The notes: generated by a model not told the origin, from the letters alone. Positions 8,059 through 18,816 are shown, counted from the first letter of the stretch. The stretch: DNA of 64,000 bases from Patescibacteria group bacterium (GCA_040388985.1 JAZKAU010000002.1:52570-116569); one strand, 5' to 3'. Made by a program: numbers and translations.

Positions 8059-8790
8059 TCAGAGCGCGACTCCCGTAAATACCTTCTCGAGCGTACCTTT
8101 CGCGACCAGCTCCTCCGGAGAGCCCTGCGCGACTACCTTCCCCTTGTCAAGTATATAGCCGCGCGTGGCGATAGTGAGGAGCGACTTGATATTGTGTTCC
8201 ACCACGACGATGGATGTCCTGCGCTTCTCGTTTATATCCTTCACGAAGGCGAATATCTCTTTCACGACCTTGGGAGCCAGCCCGAGCGACGGCTCGTCGA
8301 GCAAGAGCACTTTGGGATCGGTCATGAGTCCGCGCGCAATGGCGAGCATCTGTTGTTGTCCGCCTGAGAGCGTGCCTGACTTCGCGCCGCGCTTCTCCTT
8401 GAGTACGGGGAAGAGTTCGTAGAGATCGCGTATGCGTTCCTTCACGAGCTGCGGGCTTTTGATCCTGAAACCGCCAATCTCGAGATTCTCCTCGACCGTA
8501 AGATCAGCGAAGACGCGACGACCCTGCGGGACGAAGGCTATGCCGCGCTCAACTACCTCGTGCGAGACCGGCGTGAACTTTTGCCCTTCCCAGGACACCG
8601 TGCCTGAAAGAATGGGAGCGAGTCCGAACAGAGCTTTGAGTATCGTCGACTTCCCTGCGCCATTGGGCCCCATCAGGGCAACTACTTCGCCCTCGTCGAG
8701 ATTCACGGACGCGCCGTCGAGCGCTTTCACGCCGCCATAGTGGACGTGGATATCATGCAGCGACAACAATGGTTCCTTGAGTTCTTTCAT
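8059..8790 (-). CDS. livF: branched-chain amino acid ABC transporter ATP-binding protein LivF-like
   Basis: Walker A GPNGAGKST, signature LSGGQQQ, Walker B LLLDEP. Typical LivF length. Confidence 0.85.
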   Translation of the reverse strand: MKELKEPLLSLHDIHVHYGGVKALDGASVNLDEGEVVALMGPNGAGKSTILKALFGLAPILSGTVSWEGQKFTPVSHEVVERGIAFVPQGRRVFADLTVEENLEIGGFRIKSPQLVKERIRDLYELFPVLKEKRGAKSGTLSGGQQQMLAIARGLMTDPKVLLLDEPSLGLAPKVVKEIFAFVKDINEKRRTSIVVVEHNIKSLLTIATRGYILDKGKVVAQGSPEELVAKGTLEKVFTGVAL

Positions 8791-9521
8791 ACGCCTAAGT
8801 ATGCCTCGATCACTGCCGCGTCACTCAGTACGTCCTGCGGCGTGCCTTCCGTAAGGAGCTTACCCGTATCCATCACGATGACGTGATCGCAGAGTTCGCG
8901 GATGAGCGCCATGTCATGCTCGATGAGCACGATGGTCTTCCCCTGCTCTCGCAGCTCTTTCATGATTCCCGATACGAGCTTCACCATCTCCGGAAAGAGC
9001 CCCGCATAGGGCTCGTCGAAGAGGACGATGTCGGCGCCTGTGGCGAGCGCCCGCGCGATTTCAAGGAGTTTACGCTGACCATAGGACAGCTCCGCCGCAT
9101 TCGCGCTCCGCTTCTCCCAGAGTCCTACGCGCTCGAGCACTGTTCGCGCGCGCTCGATATGCGCGCCGCTCGGTCGTTCGAAGAGCGAACCGAGGATGCT
9201 CCGGCGCGTGAGCGCAATGATGATATTATCGAGCACCGTCATCTGTTCGAATATGCGCACATTCTGGAAGGTGCGGGTGATGCCCAGCTTGAAGACTTCG
9301 TAAGGGCGTATGCGAGACCGTTCCTTCCCTCCTTCAACTACTACGATTCCCCCATCCATCCTATGGATACCGGTGAGAACGTTAGTGAGCGTAGTCTTCC
9401 CCGAGCCGTTTGGCCCTATCACGCCCGTTATCTTCCCTTTAGGAATAGAGATGGAAAGCCCGTTCACGGCTTTCACGCCGCCGAATACTTTAGCCAGGTT
9501 CTTTGTCTCTAGCGCAGCCAT
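8787..9521 (-). CDS. livG: branched-chain amino acid ABC transporter ATP-binding protein LivG-like
   Basis: GPNGSGKTT, LSYGQRKLLEIARAL, LFDEP. Overlaps livF by 4 bp (operon). Confidence 0.85.
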   Translation of the reverse strand: MAALETKNLAKVFGGVKAVNGLSISIPKGKITGVIGPNGSGKTTLTNVLTGIHRMDGGIVVVEGGKERSRIRPYEVFKLGITRTFQNVRIFEQMTVLDNIIIALTRRSILGSLFERPSGAHIERARTVLERVGLWEKRSANAAELSYGQRKLLEIARALATGADIVLFDEPYAGLFPEMVKLVSGIMKELREQGKTIVLIEHDMALIRELCDHVIVMDTGKLLTEGTPQDVLSDAAVIEAYLGV

Positions 9522-9545
9522 ACAAGTAGTACGATAGCACGCGTA

Positions 9546-10301
9546 TTAGGGCTTATCGTCAGGCCCTATCGGCACGGCGTCTTCCCATACTGCATCGAAA
9601 TAATATCTGAACATCGTCACCATATCTCGGTCTCGAATCTCGATAATGCGAGGCTCGTTACTCATGATCTGCAATATCACCGTGTCATGGATGATATTGA
9701 AGTTACCTATAGGATTTGAACCTTTCTGCCAGAGCCGATATTCCGTCAGATCAGGATACCGCCGCAGGAGTTCCTGCTCGTGGTCGGTTATCTCGAAGTG
9801 AATGGTCTTCCAGATGATGCGTTTCTTCTCGCGCAAATCCATATACTCTCGTACGCCGTCTTCTCCAAGCAGTTTCGTCCATATCTCATGTGAAGGCACG
9901 CCGAAGCAGTAATCGACGGTTCCTTCAGGGAACCGTTCGAGCGAACTCAGCCAATACGCACGGTAGCTATCGACGCCTTCATAGACCGTGATCTGTTGCT
10001 CGACCTGTTGTCGATACTGCTTGATCTCCTTTATCACCTCATCAGCGATCTGCTCTCTCCGTTTCAACATCGTACGTATGCTGTCAGGCTCGGTGATCTG
10101 GAACCACCATACTCCGCGCTTGCTTATCTTGGTCACGAATCCCTTGCGGATGAGGGTCTCAAGGGCCTCATATACCACGTTCCTATGTATATCGAGCTTG
10201 GCGATAATCGACCCTGCCTTAGAAGAGCCGCTCTTTATGAGCGTCTCGTAGATCTGAGATTCATTCTTTGTCAGTCCCAGGGCCTGAAGATTCTCTATCA
10301 T
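9546..10301 (-). CDS. TrmB-family HTH transcriptional regulator (paralog 2)
   Basis: LGLTKNESQIYETLIKSGSSKAGSIIAKLDIHRNVVYEALETLIRKGFV HTH. Paralogous C-terminal domain. Confidence 0.7.
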   Translation of the reverse strand: MIENLQALGLTKNESQIYETLIKSGSSKAGSIIAKLDIHRNVVYEALETLIRKGFVTKISKRGVWWFQITEPDSIRTMLKRREQIADEVIKEIKQYRQQVEQQITVYEGVDSYRAYWLSSLERFPEGTVDYCFGVPSHEIWTKLLGEDGVREYMDLREKKRIIWKTIHFEITDHEQELLRRYPDLTEYRLWQKGSNPIGNFNIIHDTVILQIMSNEPRIIEIRDRDMVTMFRYYFDAVWEDAVPIGPDDKP

Positions 10302-10509
10302 TTTGTCATTACAAATACAACAACATAAATATACGCCATTTCAACCAACAAGCAAGCCATTCTATAGCGTCCTGGCGAGCAGTTCTGTCACTCAGAATCG
10401 TTTGATGTGACTTCGCGATTTAGGTTTCCTTACACGGTCTGAGCCCTCATTCCTTAGGGACTCATATAGAACCAGCCGCTGGCTGAGCTTATAGGCGTAA
10501 TCAACCATA

Positions 10510-11637
10510 ATGAACAAGAAACTCTTGGCAGGTGCGATCATACTGATCGCGGCCATCCTCGTCATATCCTTCGTTTCTGTGCATCCAGCTAAGCAGTCAG
10601 AGGAGGCCGTGCGCATAGGACTCATAGCTCCGCTTACCGGACCGTTCGCTGACTGGGGAACCTCCATTCAGAACGGCATGCAGCTGGCAGTGCAGGACAC
10701 GCATCACACCTTCGACGTGAATTATCAGGATGATGGGTGCGCCGCTCGTAACGGCGTGTCTATCGCGCAAGAATTCTTTGACGTCGAGAACATCAAGCTC
10801 ATCATGGGGCCTGGCTGCGTAGAAGTGTTGCGTCCGATAGCACCGCTCGCAGACAGCAACGGAGCATTACTGCTCTCGACCGGACTCCTTGATGACGCCA
10901 TCTTCGCCGAACATCCGAGCGTACTCAATTTCGCCACCCAGATATCCGCTGAAGCGGAATATATGGCTGCATATCTTGAGTCGAAACAGGTGAAAAGAAT
11001 CGCTACCATATACGGAACGAATGACTTCGGGGTCGAGTTCTCCAAGCGCTTGCCAGAGTCGCTCGCCAAGCGGGGTATAACCGTAAGTGGCACCAACTCC
11101 AGCAACCTGGACATCACGGACTTCCGCACGATCATCCTGCACCTCATACAGAGCAAGCCAGATGCCATCTTCATCCATCAGGGTGAGAAGCAAGTTGGCC
11201 TGTTCGCCAAGCAACTCCGAGAGATGGGATACGACGTACCGATCTACGGAGGATATGGCACCGAAGCGGACTCGGTTCTTAATGCTGGCGGAAGTGCCGT
11301 CGAAGGCATCGAGTACACCTATCCGGTCAATAGTGCGGACGAAGCGCCAGAGAAGCTCGCCTTCGACAAGCGCTATGCGGAGATGTTCAACACTACCCCT
11401 ACGGCCACTTCGCGCTTCGTATATGACGGGATGATGATCCTCGATAAGGCGCTTGATGCATGTGCCGCGTCAGATACTACCTGCATCCGCGACTATATAC
11501 GACACATCGGAAAGTATTCCGGTATATCAGGAGACATGTACTTCAAGGAAGATGGCAGTCTCGTGCGGCCGTTCGGCATAAAGAAGATCGAGGGAGGGAA
11601 ATTCATCTGGGTCACCAAGGATATCAATATATTCTGA
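10510..11637 (+). CDS. ABC transporter substrate-binding protein, LivK/Peripla_BP_6 type (SBP 1 of 6)
   Basis: N-terminal TM/signal, IGLIAPLTGPFADWG ligand-binding loop motif typical of Leu/Ile/Val-binding protein family. ~375 aa. Confidence 0.8.
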   Translation: MNKKLLAGAIILIAAILVISFVSVHPAKQSEEAVRIGLIAPLTGPFADWGTSIQNGMQLAVQDTHHTFDVNYQDDGCAARNGVSIAQEFFDVENIKLIMGPGCVEVLRPIAPLADSNGALLLSTGLLDDAIFAEHPSVLNFATQISAEAEYMAAYLESKQVKRIATIYGTNDFGVEFSKRLPESLAKRGITVSGTNSSNLDITDFRTIILHLIQSKPDAIFIHQGEKQVGLFAKQLREMGYDVPIYGGYGTEADSVLNAGGSAVEGIEYTYPVNSADEAPEKLAFDKRYAEMFNTTPTATSRFVYDGMMILDKALDACAASDTTCIRDYIRHIGKYSGISGDMYFKEDGSLVRPFGIKKIEGGKFIWVTKDINIF

Positions 11638-11661
11638 CGGATCAGCACGAGCGGCTCGTCA

Positions 11662-12795
11662 TCAAATTCGTTCAGGTTTACCATTCCGTATTACCTTAAC
11701 GACGAAGCCCAGATCCGAGTTTCCGAGGGTATCGAGGGAGTAGGTACCCATGAGGCCTGTGTAGCCGTGTACGCTCGTCGTGAGCCAGTCATGCACGCGC
11801 TGGCTATCATCTCCCACGGCTTTGAGCGCGCCCGCTATCAGCATGACCGAGTCATAGGTGGATGCGGCGTGGAAGGCGATGAACGGCGGCGTACCGTACG
11901 TCTCCTGATACTTCGCGAAGAACACCTTCGTCGTAGTCGCGTCCGCGTCGTATGCAGGATCGGCGAAGTAGATTCCCTCGAAGGAACCGACGATATCCTT
12001 TGCGCTCGTGTTGAGGACGAAATTGAAGTCGGACATGAACGGCGCCGCTATCCCCGCTTCGCGTGCCTGCTTCACGAAGTACGCGCCACCGATTCCTGTC
12101 TGCGAGACGATGAGAATGGCATCCGGATTCTTTGCCTTCACTTTCGCGACGATGGTCCTGAAGTCATCGGTGCCAGGCTGGAACTCTTCCGAGACGACGA
12201 CCGTACCGCCCCCCTTCCCTATCTCACTCTCGAAGCTTTTCTTTAGGTCGAGCGTATATTCCGTGACTTCAGTAACAGTCGCGACATTCTTGAAACCGAG
12301 CTTGAGCGCTGCATCTGCAAGATCCTTGCCTGCAAGCGTATCGCCGTTGGCAACACGGAAGATGTACTCGCCCGCGTTGTCGACATTCGTACCGCCCGTG
12401 ACCGGCGTCATATAGATTACTTTGTTCTCATTCGCGAGAGGCGCTGCTGCCAGAGTCCCATTACTCGAGGTTCCACCGATGATGTACTTCACGCCCTCGA
12501 CGTTGATGAGCTTCTGCGCAGCCGCCAGCCCAGTCTTGCTGTCGAGACCTGCGTCTTCGACGACGAGTTCGAGCGGGCGTCCGTCTATTCCCCCTTCCGC
12601 ATTCACCTGCGCGACCGCAAGCTTCGCCGTCTGCACGATATTTTCTCCAAGCGCTGCGTAGTCGCCGGTAAGTATGGTCGATACACCTACCTTGATAGGC
12701 TCGCCAGAGGCGGGCGCATTCTTATGACTCAATACTAGATAGCCGAATCCGCCCAGCAAGATGAGAACCGCAAGCGTCCATGTAATGTATTTCAT
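11662..12795 (-). CDS. ABC transporter substrate-binding protein, LivK type (SBP 2)
   Basis: Signal peptide. VGVSTILTGDYAALG motif. 377 aa. Confidence 0.8.
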   Translation of the reverse strand: MKYITWTLAVLILLGGFGYLVLSHKNAPASGEPIKVGVSTILTGDYAALGENIVQTAKLAVAQVNAEGGIDGRPLELVVEDAGLDSKTGLAAAQKLINVEGVKYIIGGTSSNGTLAAAPLANENKVIYMTPVTGGTNVDNAGEYIFRVANGDTLAGKDLADAALKLGFKNVATVTEVTEYTLDLKKSFESEIGKGGGTVVVSEEFQPGTDDFRTIVAKVKAKNPDAILIVSQTGIGGAYFVKQAREAGIAAPFMSDFNFVLNTSAKDIVGSFEGIYFADPAYDADATTTKVFFAKYQETYGTPPFIAFHAASTYDSVMLIAGALKAVGDDSQRVHDWLTTSVHGYTGLMGTYSLDTLGNSDLGFVVKVIRNGKPERI

Positions 12796-12873
12796 GAACT
12801 TGACTTTACTTATTTTGTGTCTCTATGTATATGTGTCGTCGACAGTCCGACAACTCAGATATATAGTGTCTAT

Positions 12874-13650
12874 ATGCTTAAGGACACATTCGCCGAACTC
12901 GGGCTCTCAGAATCCTGCTATCGGGTCTACGCTACCCTGCTTGAATACGGCCCTTCTTCAGCCAAACAAATATCCGAGCGTCTCGAGCTGAACCGTCCGT
13001 CTACCTACGATTACCTGAAAGCGCTTACCAATAAAGGGTTGGTCATGGAACGCTTCGAAGATGCGAAAAACCTATTCCAAGTCGATGACCCGAAGCAAGT
13101 GACGCGCCTCTTGGACGAGCGCATCGAACAGTTGGCAGTGCAGCGCAAGCAGGTGGCACTTGAGATACCCGCGCTCATGAAGCATGCGGACTCCGTTGAC
13201 CCTACGTTCAAGTTCTATACCGGGAAAGAAGGCGTCCGGCAGGCACTCAATCAGATCGTGTACTCGGGCGAAACTGACAGCATCGCCATGTGGTCCATAG
13301 AGGACGTCGTGAACCTTCTCGGCGGCCCCGAGATGGTCGACATCGTGAAGAAACGCGTCCAGAACAAAGTGTACGTGCGAGGGATCTGGAGCTATACCGA
13401 TAATCTCGAGGACATGAATCGTAAGTTCAATCCGACCGTCGCCGAGGAGTCGCTACGTGAAGTCAGGATGGCGCCCAAGGAGATGCAGAATCTCAGCATG
13501 GGGTACTGGCTCGCCGGGAACACCGTCGCCTTCGTCTCATCCAAGCGGGAAGCATTCGGCTTCGTGCTTCGCAGCCGAGACTTCGCCGACTTCCTGCGCT
13601 CGCAGTTCGAGATGGTCTGGCAAGCTTCGACCCTTATAGTAAAAGACTAG
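12874..13650 (+). CDS. TrmB-family HTH transcriptional regulator (paralog 3)
   Basis: MLKDTFAELGLSESCYRVYATLLEYGPSSAKQISERLELNRPSTYDYLKALTNKGLV. C-terminal ...LRSQFEMVWQAS. Start set to ATG 12874. Confidence 0.7.
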   Translation: MLKDTFAELGLSESCYRVYATLLEYGPSSAKQISERLELNRPSTYDYLKALTNKGLVMERFEDAKNLFQVDDPKQVTRLLDERIEQLAVQRKQVALEIPALMKHADSVDPTFKFYTGKEGVRQALNQIVYSGETDSIAMWSIEDVVNLLGGPEMVDIVKKRVQNKVYVRGIWSYTDNLEDMNRKFNPTVAEESLREVRMAPKEMQNLSMGYWLAGNTVAFVSSKREAFGFVLRSRDFADFLRSQFEMVWQASTLIVKD

Positions 13651-13654
13651 GATC

Positions 13655-14521
13655 CTAGAGCTTGAACTTCCCTACGAGCCCCTGCGGACGATAGAGCATG
13701 AGAAGGACGAGAAGGAGGCCATAGATAAGCTGACGCATCTGAGCGGCGATATCTGTCGAGAAGCCGACGAAGCGCAGCGCCTCCGGAAGCAGGACCAGGA
13801 CGAGCGCGCCGAGCACCGCGCCGCGAAGCGTCCCGAGGCCGCCAAGGATGATGATCGAGAGCATGAAGATGGATTCAGGAATATTGAAGGAGCTCGGATC
13901 GATGAAAGTGATGTAGGAGGCGAAAAGCGCACCCGCCACTGCCGCCATACCCGCGCTGAGTACGAATATAAGGAGCTTGAATCCTGATGTGCGGTAGCCG
14001 AAGACCGAGAGCGCCTCTTCGTCTTCACGTATGGCTTCCAGGGTGCGCCCGAAGGACGACTGCGTGATGAGCCTTCCGAAGGCGTAGACGATGGCCAGCA
14101 GTAGAAGCGCAAGGAGCAGGAAGAAGGCATTGTCCGAGAATACGAAGCCGAATAGTTCGGGACGGCTGATGCCCGGGATGCCGAGCGGACCGCGCGTGAG
14201 GCCCTGCCAGTTAAGGAGTACTGAGAAGACGATGACGTTGAAGCCGAGCGAACCGAGCGCATAGTAGTCATCGCGGAATTTCGAGAGTACGAGACCGATA
14301 AGCAGTGCTGCGAGCGCGCTCCCGAGGATGCCGAGCGCAAGGGCGCCGAAGAATCCGATTCCGGTGTTCGTAAGCAATAGCGCGACCACATACGCGCCGA
14401 TGCCGTAGAAGGCTGCGTGCGTCACGGAGAGCAGGCCTGTGTAGCCGACGAGCAGCTGGAGCGATATGGCGAGGATCGCGTAGATAGAGACCAGTATCGC
14501 CAGATGGATAATATATTCCAT
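13655..14521 (-). CDS. livM: branched-chain amino acid ABC transporter permease LivM-like
   Basis: 288-aa polytopic membrane protein with LLSVTHAAFYGIGAY... LivM-type permease core. Confidence 0.8.
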   Translation of the reverse strand: MEYIIHLAILVSIYAILAISLQLLVGYTGLLSVTHAAFYGIGAYVVALLLTNTGIGFFGALALGILGSALAALLIGLVLSKFRDDYYALGSLGFNVIVFSVLLNWQGLTRGPLGIPGISRPELFGFVFSDNAFFLLLALLLLAIVYAFGRLITQSSFGRTLEAIREDEEALSVFGYRTSGFKLLIFVLSAGMAAVAGALFASYITFIDPSSFNIPESIFMLSIIILGGLGTLRGAVLGALVLVLLPEALRFVGFSTDIAAQMRQLIYGLLLVLLMLYRPQGLVGKFKL

Positions 14522-14524
14522 ATA

Positions 14525-15400
14525 TCAGATGCGCTTCTTCCCCAGTATGCCCTGGGGACGGAAGAGGAGGAACAGGATGAGCACGGTGAAGGCAATGGCG
14601 TCTTTCCATTCGCCGGATATCTGCCAGATGCCGAAGTTCTCTGCAAAGCCCAGCAAGAAGGCGCCGAGGAATCCTCCGTAGACGCTGCCGATGCCGCCGA
14701 TTATAGCCGCGATGACGCCCTTGAGGAGGATGAGGAAGCCCATACGCGGCTCGATACCCGTATCCATGCCGGCGAAGACGCCGGCGAGTCCGGCGACAGC
14801 GGAGCCGATGATGAACACAGCCCCGATGATCGAATTGGTGTCGATGCCCACGATCTTCGCGACTTCTTCGTCGTCGGAGACCGCGCGTACCGCGCGACCG
14901 AACGACGTCTTCGTGAGCACTAGTCGCAGCGCAATGAGGACAACGACCGAGGACCCCAAGATGATTGCCTGGACGCTCGTCATGACACCGCTTCCGAAGT
15001 GAATGATATGTGTCGCGCCCGTAAGCATTGCTAGCGTCCGGAACTGGCTCGTGAAGAGCATGGCGATGAGGGCTTCGACAGCCGTAAAGGCGCCGAGCGA
15101 CGCTACGAGAAGTACCAGATTCGAGGCACGCCGAGCGCGTAGCGGCCGGAAGATGAGGCGCTCGAAGCCGTATCCGACTAGGGCCGCAGCCGCCACTGCG
15201 CCAATCACCGCGACCCACACCGGCGCGCCAAGCGTACTCCCTAGGTAGAACGCAGTGTACCCGCCCACTGCAGCCAGGACGCCGTGCGCGAGGTTGAAGA
15301 ACCGGGTTGCGCCAAAGACCAGGTTGAATCCCATCGCCACCAGCGCATAGAGCGAGCCCGCGATAAGACTGTTAACGATGAGCTGCGGGACGATGTCCAT
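14525..15400 (-). CDS. livH: branched-chain amino acid ABC transporter permease LivH-like
   Basis: MDIVPQLIVNSLIAGSLYALVAMGFNLVFGATRFFNLAHG is the canonical LivH N-terminus. Confidence 0.85.
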   Translation of the reverse strand: MDIVPQLIVNSLIAGSLYALVAMGFNLVFGATRFFNLAHGVLAAVGGYTAFYLGSTLGAPVWVAVIGAVAAAALVGYGFERLIFRPLRARRASNLVLLVASLGAFTAVEALIAMLFTSQFRTLAMLTGATHIIHFGSGVMTSVQAIILGSSVVVLIALRLVLTKTSFGRAVRAVSDDEEVAKIVGIDTNSIIGAVFIIGSAVAGLAGVFAGMDTGIEPRMGFLILLKGVIAAIIGGIGSVYGGFLGAFLLGFAENFGIWQISGEWKDAIAFTVLILFLLFRPQGILGKKRI

Positions 15401-15460
15401 GTGTTCCCAGTATAAACGAGAAGGGCCGCATGCAATGCGGCCCTTCTCGAGAACTTCTGA

Positions 15461-16594
15461 CTACTGCGTGACTGGGACGATCTGTCCGTTCACGACCTGT
15501 TTGAGCACATACTCGCGCACGGCATCTCCATTTCTGTCTATCGTGAGCTGACCTGCTGCGCCCGGACGGTCTTTAACGGCGTAGAGTGCTCCTTTCACCG
15601 TATCCGGATTCGATCCATATGTAGTGATGAGATCGGTTAACAGGTGCACCGAATCGTACGTAGAAGCCCCGTAGATAGGCGGACTGCTAGGATCCATTGT
15701 TCCGAAACGCTTCGTATATGCATCGAGAAACGCTGCCGCTGCCGGTGAATTCTTGTCGAAGTTCACTTCTGCGAAGATGACCCCGTTGGACACGCCTGAG
15801 GTGAGAAGTGATGGGGTGGTCACTAATTCATTTGAGAAGAGAGGTGTCGTGATTCCCATATCCTTTACCTGACTCAGAAGGATCTGCCCACTTGCGGACG
15901 TATTTGGTACGAGATAGAGAGCATCAGGATTTGCTGCCTTCGCTTTCGTGAGCTGCGAACGGAAGTCCTTGGACGTCGTCTCGTATCCTTCCGAGGTGAC
16001 AATGGTGCCGCCGAGCTCTTTGAAGCGAGCTTCGAAGATATCCTTAAGTGCTTGGGCATAATCCGTCTGTTCGCTTATGACCGCAATGCTGCGATAGCCG
16101 CGACTCCAAATCGCTTCTGCCACTTTCTGGCCAGACGTAGCGTCCGACGCGAATGTCCGAAAGATGTAGTCTCCCGCCTTCGTGATGTCAGGACTTGAGG
16201 AGACTGGGGAGAGCAGGATGATATGCGCTGCTTCGGCGACGGGAGCTGCGCCGAGTGTTTCTCCGCTGCAGATGCCGCCGATGATGAATTTCACCTTGTC
16301 GATGTTGATCAGCTTCTGCGCAGCAGAAGCTGATGTCGGACCATCGCATCTTCCGTCTTCGTAGATGACCTCGTATTTCTGCGTGCTTGACGCATTCACT
16401 TCGTCAATGGCGCTCACGACGGCATTACGCGTCGACTCGCCGATAGGCGCCGCGTCTCCCGTGAGCGGCCCGATGAAGCCGATCTTTATGACACCGCTGC
16501 TTTGGGGCGCTGTGCGAGCAGTCCCCCACCACACGGCTCCCGCAAGGACGATAAGGGCGAGCACCGCCGCAAACGTCCGTTTCTTACTATTCAT
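15461..16594 (-). CDS. ABC transporter substrate-binding protein, LivK type (SBP 3)
   Basis: Signal peptide. IGFIGPLTGDAAPIG motif. 377 aa. Confidence 0.8.
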   Translation of the reverse strand: MNSKKRTFAAVLALIVLAGAVWWGTARTAPQSSGVIKIGFIGPLTGDAAPIGESTRNAVVSAIDEVNASSTQKYEVIYEDGRCDGPTSASAAQKLINIDKVKFIIGGICSGETLGAAPVAEAAHIILLSPVSSSPDITKAGDYIFRTFASDATSGQKVAEAIWSRGYRSIAVISEQTDYAQALKDIFEARFKELGGTIVTSEGYETTSKDFRSQLTKAKAANPDALYLVPNTSASGQILLSQVKDMGITTPLFSNELVTTPSLLTSGVSNGVIFAEVNFDKNSPAAAAFLDAYTKRFGTMDPSSPPIYGASTYDSVHLLTDLITTYGSNPDTVKGALYAVKDRPGAAGQLTIDRNGDAVREYVLKQVVNGQIVPVTQ

Positions 16595-16706
16595 AATCCA
16601 TGTAGCTATTTGTTAATAATCCACTGACGGAAATGCTATTGATTATATTGATTAGTGTCAAGAAATGTAGTATATTGTTGGCATTAGCCGACAACGATAC
16701 TAAACG

Positions 16707-17492
16707 ATGGCCAAGAACATACACGACGACTTCGCCGAGATACTAGAGTCCATCGGACTATCCGGACCCGAAGTACAGGTCTTCACGCTCCTCCTCGAGA
16801 GTACGGAGCCCATGCGAGCCACTCCCCTCTCGCGGAAGCTGCGCATTAATCGCACGACGCTCTACGGTCTACTAAAATCTCTGACCGAAAAAGGCTTGGT
16901 ATCGTCTACCGATGAACGCGGCGTGCTCTGCTTCCAGTCCATACAGCCGGAGCTTCTCGTCGACTACATCGAGCGCGCAAAGGAGCGGCTTTCTAAGAAT
17001 GCTGAGCGCATGCGCACGCTCCTCCCGGCGATCATGAGTTCCCGGAAGTCGAATCCGAAGTATTACCCCCAGATCCAATTCTTCGATGGCGTCGAAGGTA
17101 TCAAGCAGGTATACGAAGATACCCTTCGTAACAACAGATCGAAGACGATGCACGGGTTCACTGACTACACGGCAGTACTGGACTGCATGGGGCTCGACTG
17201 GGCCGGGTACTACATCAAGAAACGGAGCGAGATGAACGTCCAGTCCTACACGATCGCTCCTGATTCCGTGAAAGCGCGCGACGCGAAACGACGCGACAGG
17301 CGAGAGCATCGCATTACCAAGATATTCCCGCCCGGCTACACCTTCGATATAGAGATAGCGGCGTATGACGATCGAACGATACTCGTATCGTTCGACGCCG
17401 AGCACCCGCTCGCGGTCCTTATCATCGACCAGAAGATAGCGGACACCATGCGTTCCCTCTTCCGATACGTAGACGATACTCTTCCCGCATAA
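16707..17492 (+). CDS. TrmB-family HTH transcriptional regulator (paralog 4)
   Basis: HTH ...RATPLSRKLRINRTTLYGLLKSLTEKGLV. C-terminal ...MRSLFRYVDDTLPA. Confidence 0.7.
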   Translation: MAKNIHDDFAEILESIGLSGPEVQVFTLLLESTEPMRATPLSRKLRINRTTLYGLLKSLTEKGLVSSTDERGVLCFQSIQPELLVDYIERAKERLSKNAERMRTLLPAIMSSRKSNPKYYPQIQFFDGVEGIKQVYEDTLRNNRSKTMHGFTDYTAVLDCMGLDWAGYYIKKRSEMNVQSYTIAPDSVKARDAKRRDRREHRITKIFPPGYTFDIEIAAYDDRTILVSFDAEHPLAVLIIDQKIADTMRSLFRYVDDTLPA

Positions 17493-17582
17493 CGAAGAAC
17501 TGACACCGAGTCGCCCGTCGTGGGTAACATAGGAACAAAAGCGCCTCTTCCGAGGCGCTTTTGTTCCTATGACTTTTAGAAA

Positions 17583-18713
17583 TTATTGCGGAACGGTGAC
17601 TGCCTGTGCATTCTTTACGATCTTCACGTCGTAGGTCGCAACCTTCAGATCGCCACTCGAGTCGAAGCTGATATCCGGAAAGGAGACACCGGCTTTGTAA
17701 TCGAGAGCTTTGAGACCAGCGATAATGTCTTTGGAATCAGTTCCCTTCTGTGCGATCACCTGTGTGAGCATCTTGAGCGCATCGTACCCGAGCGGGGTAA
17801 CGATGTTGATCACCGTATCTCTTCCGTTTAATGCTTCTACTTTCGACTTGAAGTCCTCAGGACTCCCGACTGCGCCGGTAACGAACATCACGCCTTCCGC
17901 TGCAGGCGAGGTCAGGAACTCTTTCGCGATGAGCGCGTCTCCTCCGAACACGGGCGTGGTCATGCCAAGGTCGCGGAACTGCTGCGTTGCGATTGCTGCA
18001 AGTGCCGGATATGCCGGCATATAGATAAGGTCCGGCTTAGCTGCCTGTATCTTTGCCGCTACCGACTTAACGTCAGTCGCGTCCTGTGCCACGCCTTCAT
18101 TCATGACCACGGTGCCGCCGAGTTCGGTAAAACGCTCGTTAAAGACTTTTTGTAGCCCTTGACCCCAGTCGTTCTGAACATACATCACGGCCACCTTTCT
18201 CTTTCCCAGCGTGTTGTAGATGTACTCTGCCGAGAACCTCCCTTGGAAAGTATCTGTGGGATAGCTGTTGAATATCGAATCATCCCCTCCGGTAAGGCCG
18301 GGGGCAGACGCGCCGACAAGAAGCACCGGGATATTCGCAGCGCGTGCGATGGGTATTGCGGGCCCCGCCGCCGCTGAGCAGACCGGACCGATGATTGCGG
18401 TGACTTTGTCGACGCTAATCAGCTTCTGGAATACAGAGACACCGGTCGAGTCGCATTTATCATCCTCATATACGAGCTCGACCATGCGTCCCTTGATACC
18501 TCCTGCGTCGTTTATTTCCTTGAGTGCCAGTTCAAGTCCAGCTCTCCCGGCCTCACCATAGCTTGCCGCCTCCCCTGAGAGCGGCATAGAGACTCCTATG
18601 CGTATAGGGCTGGTATCAGGTGCAGGCTTACCTCCCTTGAGGAGCAACCAACTCCCAACGATCACCAGGACCATGACTACGACTGTCCCGAGCGTCTTCT
18701 TATTCTTGTCCAT
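17583..18713 (-). CDS. ABC transporter substrate-binding protein, LivK type (SBP 4)
   Basis: Signal/TM. IGVSMPLSGEAASYG motif. 376 aa. Confidence 0.8.
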   Translation of the reverse strand: MDKNKKTLGTVVVMVLVIVGSWLLLKGGKPAPDTSPIRIGVSMPLSGEAASYGEAGRAGLELALKEINDAGGIKGRMVELVYEDDKCDSTGVSVFQKLISVDKVTAIIGPVCSAAAGPAIPIARAANIPVLLVGASAPGLTGGDDSIFNSYPTDTFQGRFSAEYIYNTLGKRKVAVMYVQNDWGQGLQKVFNERFTELGGTVVMNEGVAQDATDVKSVAAKIQAAKPDLIYMPAYPALAAIATQQFRDLGMTTPVFGGDALIAKEFLTSPAAEGVMFVTGAVGSPEDFKSKVEALNGRDTVINIVTPLGYDALKMLTQVIAQKGTDSKDIIAGLKALDYKAGVSFPDISFDSSGDLKVATYDVKIVKNAQAVTVPQ

Positions 18714-18816
18714 AAATTCCGACAGGTATTACTAGTGGTATGCCTGCAAAATATACCTATCTTGACAAGAGTCAATGGCTTGTAGCATAATTGTTGATAT
18801 AATCCAACAACACGAC

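Noticed and set aside
7577-8367. Several 60-106-aa ORFs (7577-7804, 7729-7923, 7767-8078, 7970-8158, 8047-8367) in the repeat island and over tRNA-Leu or livF
   Set aside because: They lie across tRNA-Leu(CAG), repeat elements or antisense to livF. Two of them merely re-translate the duplicated R-element (shared ...QELYTF.VFSPNRNSAHKHRKGLQVLSR), which is better explained as a non-coding repeat.
13672-15218. Long antisense ORFs (239 aa, 316 aa, 168 aa) overlapping livM/livH
   Set aside because: Arg/Ser-rich low-complexity translations on the strand opposite canonical LivH/LivM permeases. High-GC artefacts.
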